This document shows, piece by piece, positions 47,976-61,800 of a stretch of DNA of 64,000 bases. The DNA lies in assembly GCA_012026655.1 (NCBI GenBank), contig JAAILG010000088.1:1-64000 (forward strand), read 5' to 3'. This DNA is from Hydrolagus affinis. Lineage: Eukaryota. The position numbers and the translations under genes were made by a program. The notes beneath the pieces are model-generated. The model ran no database searches. It saw nothing but the letters and a program-made list of their open reading frames with translations, and had not been told where the DNA came from. Every line of letters starts with the position of its first letter. The stretch's first letter is position 1.

Positions 47976-48829
47976 TAATACAATTTAATAAGTTCCAAGT
48001 ACAAAATGGATCTTATTTTATCCCATTATATGATAATAATCCTTGCATTTGATATGGCATTTTCATGTCTTCTCGACGTCTCAAAGCGCTTCCTCCATTA
48101 TATAAAAGACCAGATGGGAACTATTGAGAACTTGCTATTTTTGCCTCTTTTCCTTTTTATTAATCAGCTACTCTTTCATCCACATCTGATCATTCCCCTA
48201 CACTATACTCTTCACCTCTAAGGCTTTGCTGTTATGCTCCATAGCTCGCATCTCTCACCAGAACCGTGTGTTGCGTCATCTGAAGCTGCCCATATGTCCC
48301 ACTTTCCTCTGATCTTCAACTGATTGAAGATTTCTAATAACCGGGTCAGGCAATATACTCTTTCTCATACAAACAAACAAACAAACTTTACAACATTTAA
48401 TGTTTCATTATTGACTTGAATGCCAGCTGAAGTTTGACCATACACAATCTAACCTTTCAGCACTTCAAATTGTATGATGCATAAGCCCTTTAGAGTTTAT
48501 CACACAGTACAGCATCCTCTCCGCATATTATCTGAGTAAATGTTGAGACAGGCTGTCCAATCACTATATATATATATGTGCCATTACACCTTACTACCAG
48601 CTAAAGGTCCTCAGGAAACCAGAAGCAAAGGACAAATACCACGTCCATAGATTGTGAAGGATAGTACTGTATTGCCTGAATAAATTGGAAAGAGACACAA
48701 ATCTTTAGCTTTCAACAGTGCTGTTGAAAAAACATGTAAACTGAGTTTTCATTGTTCATCTAAACTCTGTTGGTGATTTGCAACACAAGGGATTATTATG
48801 CACTATTTGTAAAGTGTGGCATATCCTTT

Positions 48830-48960
48830 GCTAAAAGGATTAAGGGATATGGGGATAAGGTGGAGTTAGAATAGATCAGCCATGATCTTATTGAATGACG
48901 GTGCAGGCTCGAGGGGCTGAATGGCCTACTCCTGCTCCTAATTCTTATGTTCTTATGCTT
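48830..48960 (+). mobile_element. CR1 3' tail
   Basis: ggattaagggatatgggg...gatcagccatgatcttattgaatg...ctcctaattcttatgttcttatg. Confidence 0.85.
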
Positions 48961-49098
48961 ATAACAATACTGTACTTCTTATTATAAATGCAAAGCAAAA
49001 GATTTGCTACACAGAGGGAATTCTCCCAACAGAACCATCATTTCTACTTTCAATTATGAATTTTGCAATGTGTTTTGGATTGCATTTGGAGGCCTTTT

Positions 49099-49370
49099 CA
49101 CAACAGCAACAAGAAAATTACATTTATAGAGTGCCTTTCATGTTGGGAGGACATCCCAAGGTGCTGAACAGTTAGGTTGGGACCTGAGCAGTGGGGGGGA
49201 GGATAGGAGTGGGGGCAGTGGGAGGGACAGTAGGAAAGGTGGGAGAGTTAGGAGGGCAGTAGAAGGTGCGGTCAAAGAGGAAGGTCTTGAGACCAGCCTT
49301 GAAGGAGGAAAGGCAGGAAGTGAGGTGAAGGGATTGCGGGATGGGGTTCCAGAGTGTGGGGCAGAGTATA
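49099..49370 (-). mobile_element. L2-clade LINE 3' fragment
   Basis: - strand PTLWNPIPQSLHLTSCLSSFKAGLKTFLFD plus the stem-loop tail. Confidence 0.85.
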
Positions 49371-52300
49371 AGGCAGTATGTTGAATCGAAGTACAGCATT
49401 TGTTGCAATAGACAAGAAGTTTATTTTTCTCCCCATTTGAAATCCTACAGCAAAGGTTCCTCCCTAAAATAGACGAAAAGTCAATAAACTGGAACGCAAT
49501 TTTCATTTCTAATCACAGGGATTTCATTCTGATTCAGTGATTGATTCTCCTGTCCCTTGGCTACAAACTCGTATTAAGATTCACTTCCTTGTGTGTGTTT
49601 GGGTAGTTTGTTTTGGCTCACCAATGCCTCTGGTAACCCTAGCAACTGAACGGCTGCCTTGCTACTTTTGTGAATTTGCAAATTGATGTTTCCGTGACAA
49701 CGAGATATTGGTCTGCATTAGCTGTGACAGACGTGAGCTTCTGGATGTTGTCATTTGGACTACAAACAGAAAGACGGGATCTGTGTGTGCGAGGTACACA
49801 GGATCTGTTACAGGAGATTAACTGCTGGTGCCTTTGCCTTGATACCAGAATCAGAATTATGTTCATTAACTCAATGCAATTTCACTATTCCCCCTTCTCC
49901 CAACAATGGTTCAGTATGTACCATTCTACCATACATCAATTAATCCTGCTCTGCAAATTTATATTGGAGGTATGAAATGAATTGAACCATTGAAACATTT
50001 TGTCTGCAATAAAGAATTATTGTTCAACTTCTCTAGGTATAGTTAAAGATATGTAGCATTATAAATTGAATAAATGAATGAGTCTGCTTATTAGGCAGTA
50101 ATTGCAGCAAAGAATTAAGTCCTAAATTTAGAGAACAGCTTAAGCCATTTATAAAGTATTTGTTTTGCCAGTCTCTGTGTTTCTTTCTTCTCCTCTCCTA
50201 GCCTCTGTTCTCACTTTAGCAGCTTTGGTTAATTCACCATTTTGTGAACGTCACAAGGTAAAGTGGAAATCGCAGTCACCGCTTCCCACTACTTTAGTGC
50301 GTTAGACCTCAGAATACGTTATAAGGTGAAGAATGAGGAGAGGGGGTAGTTATAAGAAAGCTCACAACTGATTGATCCAGATGATGTTACAAAACTGTGA
50401 AGTTTTCTTATCTGAAATCTGAAGTGACAATTATTTTTATTGATCCAACCCATGCTTTTTTTTAAGTTCACCAAACCCAGTTTGCAGTAGTAATGTTCCA
50501 TTTGGCTTCAGTTTGGCCAGGCCAGGAGAGTAGAACAGGTTCCATTTCCACTCTTGTCTGTGATCAAAGACTTCACGTTGATCTAATGATAATGATGATG
50601 CTTTCATTTGAAACAGAACCGTATCAAGCCTTCGAAACATCTCAAAGCACTAAGCACAATGTTCTGTAAAGTCAATGGACTATATATTTTGTAGGAGAAC
50701 ATATATAATAATAGCATCGTGTTGTCAAAATGTCTCACAGGACATCACAGGATATATTGCAGACCTTGTCCATGCTTTCTGAAGGCAAATGCAGCAGTCA
50801 ATTTTCACAGAGTGATGACTAATGATAGACATATATATGGACGTTGAGGGATATGAAGAATGGCCACCCACAGTCAGATTTGACGTTCAGTGTCCAGGCT
50901 CATAAATAAAGTATAGGCAGATGTGTAAGGTACAAGATCTCAGCCGTGTTACCATGGATTAGTTATCTGGGATTTAGGATTTCAGATGCTGTGATTATTG
51001 GTACCAAAATGGGAGGTTGACACAACAGAACCTTGAACTTCTCGAAGATTCAACTAGAGCATGTTCCCAATCCCATATAAAGAATAACATTGGCAATTCA
51101 AAGCATCCTGGCAGCTTTGCCTATTATTCCATGTGAATTCCAGATCATGAGTTTTGTTTCCTGGAACAAGGAGTAGAAAAACAAAATTTGAAGCACTCCA
51201 CTCCACTCCTCCTCATGATGTATGATATAATGGAACCCATATCCATTTTGGGACGAAATACATTGGGTGATTCACTTCACGACTGTTTGTGGGTCATTGC
51301 TGTGCACAAATTGGCTGTTGCGTTCTCCTACAAGGACAGTTACCGGAATTTACAGTCAATCCTGCGAAGCCCTTTAAGATAGCTTCCCGATGTGAAAGGC
51401 ATTGTAACAGATTATTATTTAAGTACATCTTGGCTACATACAAAGTAATAAGGCACCTCCTCACTCCTAAACAGTGTGTTTCAGTCCTCAGACAGAAAGT
51501 ATCCTTTTTAGCAGTTTCCATTCACAACACCCAAACCCACTGTAAGTATTGTTGACCTCAGCGCAATTGCCTCCCATCAGCTTGGCCAAGTTGCTATGAA
51601 ATATTAAAGAAGATGGCAATTATTGTGTGTCTCTCTTGAATTACATGAAATGCCCGATGGAGTCTTGAGCTTGTACCAGTGTTTTCCCAGCCTGATCGGC
51701 TATAAATAACTTTCACATCTGTTGATGCAGTTAGTTGATTAACATACTATTAGCATAGAGTACCCAACGTTCTGACCATTGGTAAATGGAATAGCAAATG
51801 CCTGACTCGAGGCCAAATGCAATCTTGTATGAAATCAGAATTGGGATGATTTGAGTGAAAATCCACATCAACAACAATAAAATTTACATTTTAGAGCGCC
51901 TATCACGTCGGGAGGACATCCCAAGGCGCTGGACATCAGTTTCCATTGTGCAATTTGCTAAAGTTACAGTTCTTTTACATATATTACTTTTTTTTTAAAT
52001 ATACACATTTAAAATCAGAAAGTCAAAATCATTTAATCAAGAAGTAAACCATTTGTATACCTTTTCTGATATGTTCAGTTGCCTATTTGAATAAGCCCTC
52101 AGTAATTAGATTATTACCTTAAGCCACCTGAATCTTCCTCGATTCTTAACTTGTATGTGCTACCCATCAATGAAATGGCTGTTATCTGAAGCAGACCCAT
52201 TGACATTTAGTTAACTTGTGTGTTCCCGTCGATGTATGAGTTTCCTCATTAGTATCCGAGCTGCTGGTGAAACTGGTGATCTAATGTTAGGTTGGAAGCA

Positions 52301-53998
52301 CTCGTAATGCAGCAAAGTGCATCTCCTTCCTGCCAGATGCTAATTAAATCGTAAGTCCATTGGCAATGATGACTCTCTCCAGCCTCAAAATGTAAATGAA
52401 AAGAGAAGCATGGTGGAAGCGTGGGGAGGGGAAACAAGAAAGATTGGGCTAAAAATAGATTGACATTGTCACAGGTATAGAAGATAAAAATGAGCTTGTT
52501 TGAAAGGACTGAAACAACAAAATTACATTTGCACAGCACCTTTCATGTCAGGAGGACGTCCCTAGGCACTGGACAGCAAAAGGTGCCCACCATATTCTAA
52601 ATGGAAAAAACAAAACCTTTGTTCCGTTCAATTTGCGACTATTAAACTGGTTGAAAAATTAAAACAAACTGCTCCATATACACACCAGTTCGTCCTTCAA
52701 GAACGTGCTACGTAGAGGCTAGCTCATGAATCATAAAGCAAGAATAAAACATTACAAATCTGTATGAAGGTACAGAGTGTATTTCATTCCAGGCAATGAG
52801 TCATAGCATTCCATAAAAAATTTGAAAGAAATACTTTTTCAAACACACTGTGAGATTTATGCACAATTGAACTAACGTTTTATTCTAATGTTATGGCTCA
52901 TCAAATTCTTCGGTGGATTATGAATTTTAAGGTGCTATGTTCAAGAAATGTAGGCATTTGGTATCATTTTCAATTCCGTAACAAAAGAACAAGAACTTTT
53001 AATAAAACATTGGCTAGGAGAGAAAGCTGTGATTTCAAGTTGCAGATTTATTTACCACAGTATTCGAGAATGATTCATTGAATGTTACAAACTTTCGTAA
53101 ATAGGACATGGTGTTACGACATGCAAATTAAAGAAATAACTTATATAACATATATAAAAGATTTCAACATTGCTCCCTTTAGCAACAAAGGATCTTTCAG
53201 CATCTCTCTCCAAATATGAGACATGATGATAATAGTCATTCTTGTGTATAATACAGCACCTTTCATATCAGGAGGATGTGTCAAAGCGCTTCAAAGCATT
53301 TACTGGAAAACTTGGTGACTGAGTATTATGTAGGCAAGTGTAGCAGCCAATCCGTGCACACCAATCTCCCACAAACAATCATGAAATGAATGAGCTAATT
53401 TATCTGGGGGTTTCAAAAAGAGACTAATTGTCTCTCTCAATGGCCTCATCACTATCCTCCATCTGCTATGCAGCTCTATGGGGCTGAATGGCATCCCATT
53501 TCTATATTCTTCTCTCCATTGCAAACACTTTTCACTCCGCATTATGCATGCTATTATCACCATTACTTCTTTGATGGGTCTGTTTTTTTTGTTCCAGCAC
53601 AGCTCCAAATTTGGCATTATGTCTCCTTGTTCTCCTCCCACCATTCTCACTGTGTTCAAATTAAGTCACATGTCCTCTTCTGCTTTAAATTTTCCATCAC
53701 CTCAAGACCACAAAACATCTTACCTCCCTCAACCTTCCAACCTTCCCTTCATCAGCAGACTTATAGAATCCATGCTGGATGTCAAGCAATCCCTGCTTTT
53801 GATTTTTATTTGATCCCTTATCCAGCGGTGCCCCATATTGCAAGCCTTGTCTCCCCCACCTTTTATTTAAAAAGATAAATAGAACTGGTCTTGACTAGAT
53901 GAGAATGTGATATCTCCCAGTGTGTTAATTCATAGTCAGATCATATCCTGCCTTATTACCATCCTCCCTGAGGATGATTCACTTGGCATACGTAAATC

Positions 53999-54797
53999 CA
54001 CAAACACATCATTTCCTGAGACCATCATAGAGTACGTCAGTGACTTGAGTTGACCAATTTCCCCTCCCTGTAAAAATTAATGTCCTCTCAACCCTATTTG
54101 ATTCTCCTTCCTATAACATTGTACCTCACTCCTCTGTATCTCTTCTGGGTTCAGATCAGAATCTCCCAGTCTGAGGACTCACAGGTATAAAGGAGCTCCC
54201 GTTACTCAGTGGTTAGAGCACACACCTAACAAGCATGAGACCTGTGTTTGAATCCAGGCAGGTCAGGACGAAACCTTGGGCAAGTTTCCTTATTCCACAC
54301 ACCTAATAATAATCTGTCCAAAAAAAACCACAATAATAAAAATTGGTCCAAATTATCCAAATCTCAATTTTCAGTCATATTTCAAACATAAAAAAAGCAT
54401 CCATATACAGTAATAGAAAAATAAACTTGTTCAAGCCTAATGTACGCACATCATTTATTTATTTTGCTCCTATATGTGCAGCATATATAACCTATTTAGC
54501 CTATTTATGTTTTTACAGATTCATTTACATTTTGCATTGAGTCTTGTGGTAAGCACACAGATTTCATCTGGGGCATGACCTTCATACATTACATGAATTG
54601 TAAAAGGAGCAGATGGCATGCAGACATTTTTGAATGTGATTATTACATAGTCAGTATCAACGTGTGAAACAATTGATCACAAACACATAATTTCCTGAGA
54701 CCATTATAGAGTATCCCAGTGACTTGAGTTGACCAATTTCCCCCTCCCTGTAAAAATTCATGTCCACTCAACCGTGTTTCACCCTCCTTCCTGTAAC
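53999..54797. repeat. Dispersed direct repeat of ~120 bp (53999-54118 and 54678-54797)
   Basis: Both copies read cacaaacacat.atttcctgagacca..atagagta...cagtgacttgagttgaccaatttcccc.tccctgtaaaaatt.atgtcc.ctcaacc. Confidence 0.85.
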
Positions 54798-56856
54798 TTC
54801 AAATCTGATGAACAAAGAAAAATCACTTATGAGCTGAAGTATCATTTTAGACAGAGGTCAAAAATCCTTGCAACATTGTGTTTCAAGCAAATTCTACACA
54901 GTATATATATTTCTGATGTGTATGTCAGTCTGGTGCACTAGTAGCACTCTGGTCTCTGAGTCAGAAGATTGTGGATTTAAAGCCCAAGATCACGGCTTGG
55001 AATTACGTACTGTAGTCTAAACTGAGACTCCAATTCAGGGCTGGAGGCGTGTGTGTTGCATTGTCAGAGGTGCCATCCTTTGGATGAGACATTAAACTAA
55101 AGCGCCGTCTGCCTTTTCTGGTGGATATTAAAGATCTCCTGACTCATTTCAAAACGAGAAGTGAGTTCATCCCAGTGTCCAACAATCTCCCAAATAATCT
55201 TTAAAAAAAAACTGGGACTTCACTCATTCGATGAGCATTTTGTGGGACATTGTCGTGTGAAAAACTACCTGGTTGAGTTTCACTCGCAAAATATATGGTT
55301 CATCCACTTTACAGTATATCCTCAAAGCGAAATGCTTTGAGGCACCTCAGTGGTGTGAAAGGCACTATAGCAAATGTAAGGATTATTATTATTAATAATA
55401 TCTGTAATTAAAGCTGTCACTTTAAAAGCAAGTTCAACAGGATTATGTAATAGATCGTGTTAAGAGTATTACCAGTTGTCTAATAATAATAATCATTCCT
55501 TGCATTTGATGTAGTGCTTTTCACGTCTTCTAGACGTCTCAAAGCGCTTCACAGAATATACTGTAAAGTGAATTGACTGTATATTTGTGGGCTAAACAGG
55601 GCAGCCAATTGTGCACAGCAGTGTCCCCACAAACAGTCGAGGATTGCACCTACCTTGGTGGATTGCACAGATTCCCTAAAATACTAAAGTGTGCAAATGG
55701 TGTGATTGATGAAAGCAAATCCCGACAGGCAACTCAAGGACGTGCTACTGTTCTGCGGTATGGTTGAGGATTTATCGAAAAGTGTGAACGCAACCAAGTG
55801 AGCAAAATAACCGATAGTCACTGGGCATTTGTCCACATTCTCATTAAATTGCAGAGTAATAAAAACCGCCTTAGACGGCTGCAGGGTGTCTTTGGCATCA
55901 TTGTTCTGGCAGATCAAGGTCAGCTCGGAGACACACATTAAATGAAGTTGCTCGGCAGACAATAGGAAATAAAGTGAATAACGCTCTGCAGAATTCAGTT
56001 GCCTGGTTACACATGTGAACACCCGGTCTGGTTACCATGGCACCTATCCTGTGCTGGTGCTGATCGAAGTGTTCACATACGTTCATTTGATGGAATAATG
56101 AATCCTCACGCTCGCACGCGAATCTGTTTGTGGTTACTTTCTTACAACCTACAAATGCCACATAAATATATTTTCTGTGGGAACAAGACTTTTATTGGAC
56201 AGTTGGAGAGGCTGCTTCTGTGGGAACGCACTGCTGTTCTGCAGTATGAAATCTGGTAAATCAAACGTGACAAAGGAACAGAGGTTTCACATTAGACGAG
56301 AGCTCGTCTGCATCTCATTAAATAACGACCAAACAAAAGGGACTTTAAAAGATAAATAAATAATTCTCGGAGGCACTTTGGAAGTTTTGCTGCCTATCTT
56401 TTTCGAGGTTGATCCATTGCATTTTTTTCTCTCTCTTAGTAAAGAACAGGGTCCTCAAGCCTGGCTCGTCTTGCAACACTCCTGTCTCTGAGTCAGAACC
56501 TGGTGAGTTCAAATCCCACATCAAAACTGTTTAAGCTCACAGCCTAGACTGACACTCCAAGGCAATGCCTGGGGAATAGTGCATTGTCGTTTGACTCAGA
56601 CCCATTAGATGGATTTTAGGGACCCTATGGCACTGTTAGAAATCAGAAGGGAGAGTTTCTCCCTGTGTCCTTGGACAACAATCCCTGGATAAAAAAAAAT
56701 CATTCATGGCATAAATGTTCGTGGTGGTATGGCTGTGCAAATTAGCTACCGTGTTCACATACAAAATATGCAGTCACTACAATATTTACATTAAATCCTG
56801 TGAAGCGCTTTGAGATGTTTTGACGATATGATAGAGCATTTTTTGAACGCTAGGAT

Positions 56857-57160
56857 AATAATAATACAGAAATAATCCTTGTGGTTGATATACGCTTTTC
56901 ACATCTTCTAGATGTCTCAAAGCGCTTCACAGAATATACTGTAAAGTGAATTGTCTATATACGTGTGGGCGAAACGCGGCAGCCAATTGCGCACAGCTGT
57001 GTCCCACAAACAGTCGAGGATTTAAATGACCAATTTTTTTGAGGGATTATTATCAGGAGTGTGGAGTAAGGACACTTGCCCAAGGTTTCGCCCTGCCTGG
57101 AATTGAACCCAGGACTCTCGGATGTAAGGCAAGTCTCTAACCACTGTGCTACAGGACTCC
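56857..57160 (-). mobile_element. tRNA-derived SINE, full length, tail-to-tail with an older long SINE
   Basis: Same family as 39074-39399; abuts the tail of the + strand element at ~56455-56865. Confidence 0.88.
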
Positions 57161-58487
57161 ACGTAGAGGATAGAGGACTCCATCCTCCATTCCAAGGATT
57201 ATAATTTTATTAATTTATCAAAATAGACAATGCTACAGAATGCTTTGAGTTGGCTATGAATTATTCACAAATGAGTAATTAGTTTCCTTCCCTGAATTAC
57301 ATTGAAATATATTGTTTAAAATGAGATAAGTTCAAACTCGGGTCTATCTTCCGCACAAACAAATGACAATATTGCTTAATCAATGTTCCAGTAATTTTTG
57401 GAGCTATAAAATCATTACAATCAGCATGTACATCTGAGCAGGAAATGGAGAACAAAATTGATAGATTAATTTGGAAAAGACTACATCAGTAAGGTTGTAT
57501 AAACTTTGTATATTTCCGAAAGTCTGAAAAAGTCAGTATTAACTGTAAAACTCTGAGTTAATACTCAGGAATGTACTCTCTGAAATCTCAGGTCAACAGC
57601 ATTGGTGTCAGAATTCCCAGAAAAACTACAAGCTAGTCCCTAAAGGAAATCTGAGTGTGAGTCAGGGTTCCTTAGATGTTTGCACCATCATTTGATCTCT
57701 TGACGTCACCCATGTGAGATTTTTTTGTGTGGGAGTTGTTTCTTCTAATCTAAGAATCAGGAAAGAGCCTTTAGTCAAAGGATAATCCAATAAATAGTCA
57801 AATTAAAAACGTGTTGAGTAGAGAAAAGGAGGGGGTGGGGGTTGGGGAATTTGGGTTCCATTGGATCATAAACCTGCAGAGAAGCATTGGCAACGTTAAT
57901 TTATTATTCACTCAAGAGAACTAATTTGCAATAAACTTGAGTTTAATTTGCAATGTGCTGGGGAATGACGGGTTCATTTTGTGAAGTAACAGATTTGGGA
58001 TTTCAGGAGATAAAACAAGGCCGGAAAGAATGCATGTCTCAACAGTATTCTATTCCAGTCTAGTTAATAGTTCAATGAAATCTAGTCTGTTTTGGAAATA
58101 TGAAGACGCTTTGTCTTGCAGACCATATCCTGGGAAGATTTACTCTGAGGATATTACAGCTCAAAAATTACTGGAACTTTTATTTAGCAATTGCTCTCAT
58201 TTGATTGCAATAGTCAGTTGACTAACTGTATGTCGCGTCAATGTATTTCAAGCTGCAAGACTCTTAGATGAATATTTTCCCATCATAAAATGTCAATATA
58301 TTCAACTTGCCATCTGTCAAACCACAGGAGATGCAGGTGCATCATTGTCCAGTCATCAAGATTGCCATTACTGCCGTTTGCATCGGTTAATAAGCAAATT
58401 AACAGATTTGCAGTATTTTTAGCTGTGTCCCTCTGCCTCTGCCCTTCAGATTGCATGTGAAAACTTTTCTCTTCAACTCCTGCAGTA

Positions 58488-58890
58488 GACTCCTGTAACT
58501 CAGCATTCGCTTCGCTAGCAAGAGACCTGGGTTTCGATTCCAGGTAGTGTGGACAATTAGGTTGGGCAAGATTCCTCATTCCACACTCCTGTTTACCTAG
58601 CAGTAACTAGGATTACTGCTAGGTAAACAGGTTGTTAGTCGATTGGTGGATCGCTTTTCCTGGGGTAATAATTCCTTCCTTCCTTCCAAAAAATAAATTG
58701 GTCACTCAATCAAAGACGTTGTGGGACACTGCTCTACGCAATTGGCTGCCACATTTCTTCCACAAAATATGCAGTCAATTCACTTTACAATATATTCTGT
58801 GAAGAGCTTTGAGACATATCAAAGATGCGTCAGAGCAGTGTCCCACCAAATGCAAGAATTATTATTATTATTATTATATTATTATTATTA
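58488..58890 (+). mobile_element. tRNA-derived SINE variant with an extra internal segment
   Basis: Same head, core and tail as the main family, plus ~80 bp (58586-58665) absent from the other full-length copies. Confidence 0.8.
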
Positions 58891-61800
58891 TCTCTCTATC
58901 CTGACAGACTTACCTTTTGTTTCCCATGGTAAGATTCTTTGTCCCTGCATGGCTTGCTTTGAACTGCAGTAGAACTCTGGAATATTTCCTGTTGCTGCTT
59001 AATTGCCTTTGGGTTAGTGTCGTTGGAATCTTTCTATCCGGGCTTTCCGGGGTATGAGTGATGCACCTCACATGTTTTTCTGGCCAAGCTAGAGATTCTT
59101 CCAAAACATGAGGATTAAATTAGCTTAAATTTCCTAAACTGTTCATTGGAATCATTCATTAATCCATCATTCAATGTGATGTCTACCGTATTTCTTTGCA
59201 TTTTAAAATGCAACCTTCCTCTGATGAGATTTGAGCCCTTTGTACTGCAGTAAAGTTTCTGGTATTTCAAATCAAGTCAGTTCGCTAACAATGTGGGTAA
59301 CTTCACTGATACAGATGGCTGCTGAATATTATTGCAGTATTTGTTGCAATAAAGAAAAGTATGATTTGTGTTCGTCTTTAGTTAATCACATTAACAGGAT
59401 TACTGTTGGCTCACGATCATTTTCGCTTGTGGGAAACATCACAAATTGTCCTTATTATATTTGAGGTTTCAACATCATGTTAAAAATCTCATTCTTATTA
59501 GTTTAATCATAAATCAGACAGTATTGAACAATGCAATGTGTCCTTTGATAATTGTTTTGTTCTAATAAGGGAGACTATAGCTGAGAGTCTGCCTTTAATT
59601 GAAGTTTGCTTATATATTTTACTGTACCAGTACATTATTTTAACTTGATTTATCTGAACCTGTTTATAATAGGAACCTGTTGTCAAAAGCTAAAGCTATG
59701 GAAGAAATAATAAATTACTGGCATAAAATGTCAATCTGTGGGTGTTTGGTTGAGAAATCTGCTTTTGATTCAATTACATGATTCACATGACGTTCCAAAT
59801 CATGCTAGTTAAGGTCAAATGGCACCTAGACGTTATTTGGGTACCCCTGGTTTAAATTGCGGCTTTATTACTTTGTACTGATCATTAGATTTTTAAAACA
59901 ATAATATATGCCATGACCTCAATCAATTGAAGAAAATGCTGCTGACGATGAGGATGAAATTATTCTGACTAAAGACAAAAGTCATTGATATCTCGTCTCT
60001 GCTGAGTAACATGCTCTCAGGTTGATTTAATAAGCAAGCCACATGACAGTTTGAAAACAGAAATAGGAGTACAGAATGAATTGCTTTAGATTATAAAATG
60101 ATTTCTGGTAAAACACTGAAATTCTAGTTAGAAGTCATTATAAAATAAATCATTTGTAGCAAAGATGGTTCTGAGCCAGTTTAGTTGCCAGTTTATCTGT
60201 TATTGACTGTTAATCTGCATAACATTCTGGAAACTTTATAGCTGTGATCATTAATTTAAGCTGCTTCTTGGAATATGGCTCAAGCAGAAAGATTTATAAA
60301 AGTTGTTTTCGATATGTTACAGTATTAAAATTTACGTGTTTTAATGTTGGAGTGTTTTACAATTCATCACACAGTGGATTGAATGCCAAACAACAGGCCA
60401 ATTTCTCTTGAAGCAATAGGATTACTGCTTGCTTCCTGTGAATTGCCATTATTAAAATTTGTTACTGAATTGGTACAGAGGCAGTACAGAGATGACAAAT
60501 GTTTTTCATTATAATCACACATCATTCGCCCACAAAATATACAATCAATTCACTTTACAGTATACTCTGTGGAGTCCTTTAAGATGCTTCGAAGACGCGA
60601 TGAGGCGTTTTATCAAATGCAAGTCTGTATTATTATTCTTATTATCATCATCATCATCAATAAATGAAAAGTTTCATTGCTTAATTTCCTATCAATATGG
60701 GCAGCCCTCAAGGATTTTTTTTTGTGAGTGGGGGGGAGGTTTTATATTATAATTCCCGATGCCACTGGAAACAATTCATATTGTAAAAATATGAAATATA
60801 AAGATAAAAAATAGAATGGAAAATGCACACAAATTATCTTGACAGTAAAGATGTTGCTTAAAGCAATGCAGCACTTTCACTAAACATCGTTGTCTGCAAT
60901 CGCCATCTAAATTCTTAGGCGTCCAAACATTACATGATCTTGTCAGAATTTTCACTTAAACTATAAAGTACACAAGCTTATGACACCATAGTAAGTACTC
61001 CTGATTTGAGGCGCTATAAATAAATACAGCCACTATGTTAACTTTGAGAATTAATTATTATTAGTAGTAGTATTCTGCCAACGCTAACAATCTTTTTGCT
61101 TGTAATCAGCCTGCAAGCCAATTCCCATTATTTTTTCTCAGTAAAAACATTAAATTAAATGATCTATAATCTCTGCGTTGTGTCTCACTCTTACTTCGCA
61201 TATCAATGTTCCATTTGTCCTAATCCTTGGGTGCAATTCCTGTATTTATGGATCTAACAATTAAACTCACCATTTTAACTGACCTTATTTTAGCCAGTGT
61301 TTTATAACCCATTGCTTTATAACTGATATGAATTACTGTGCAGCAATGGGTGTGTGATCTCCTGTGGAAAATATAAATTTACCTTAATTGTACCAAAGGT
61401 AGGGCTAAAGCCAAAATAAGCACTGACTGCAGTATAAATGGTTGCCCAGCAGCAGACAACATCATTCCTGGCACTGTTTTTTCACTGGGGTAGTGACACT
61501 TCCTGCCGAGAATGAAGCCATTTGACTCATAGTGTTTGTGCCATTACCACCTATTTTCTAAGTCACCCTTTTGTCATTAATCACATTTTCAACCTCTCTC
61601 CCCATATCCCTTAATATGTTTGGTTGCTCAGGTGCTTAGCCAGTTCACTTTGGATCTAAATCAAATCTGCTGATCTAAGGCTCACTTGTGGTAGTGAACA
61701 AAATATCCCAGGTACTTCAAGATAGAATTATGATGATGCTATTGTTCACTACGCTGATGTTTGTTTGTCAGTAGTTTTTGGCAGACATTTAAGATAGTAA

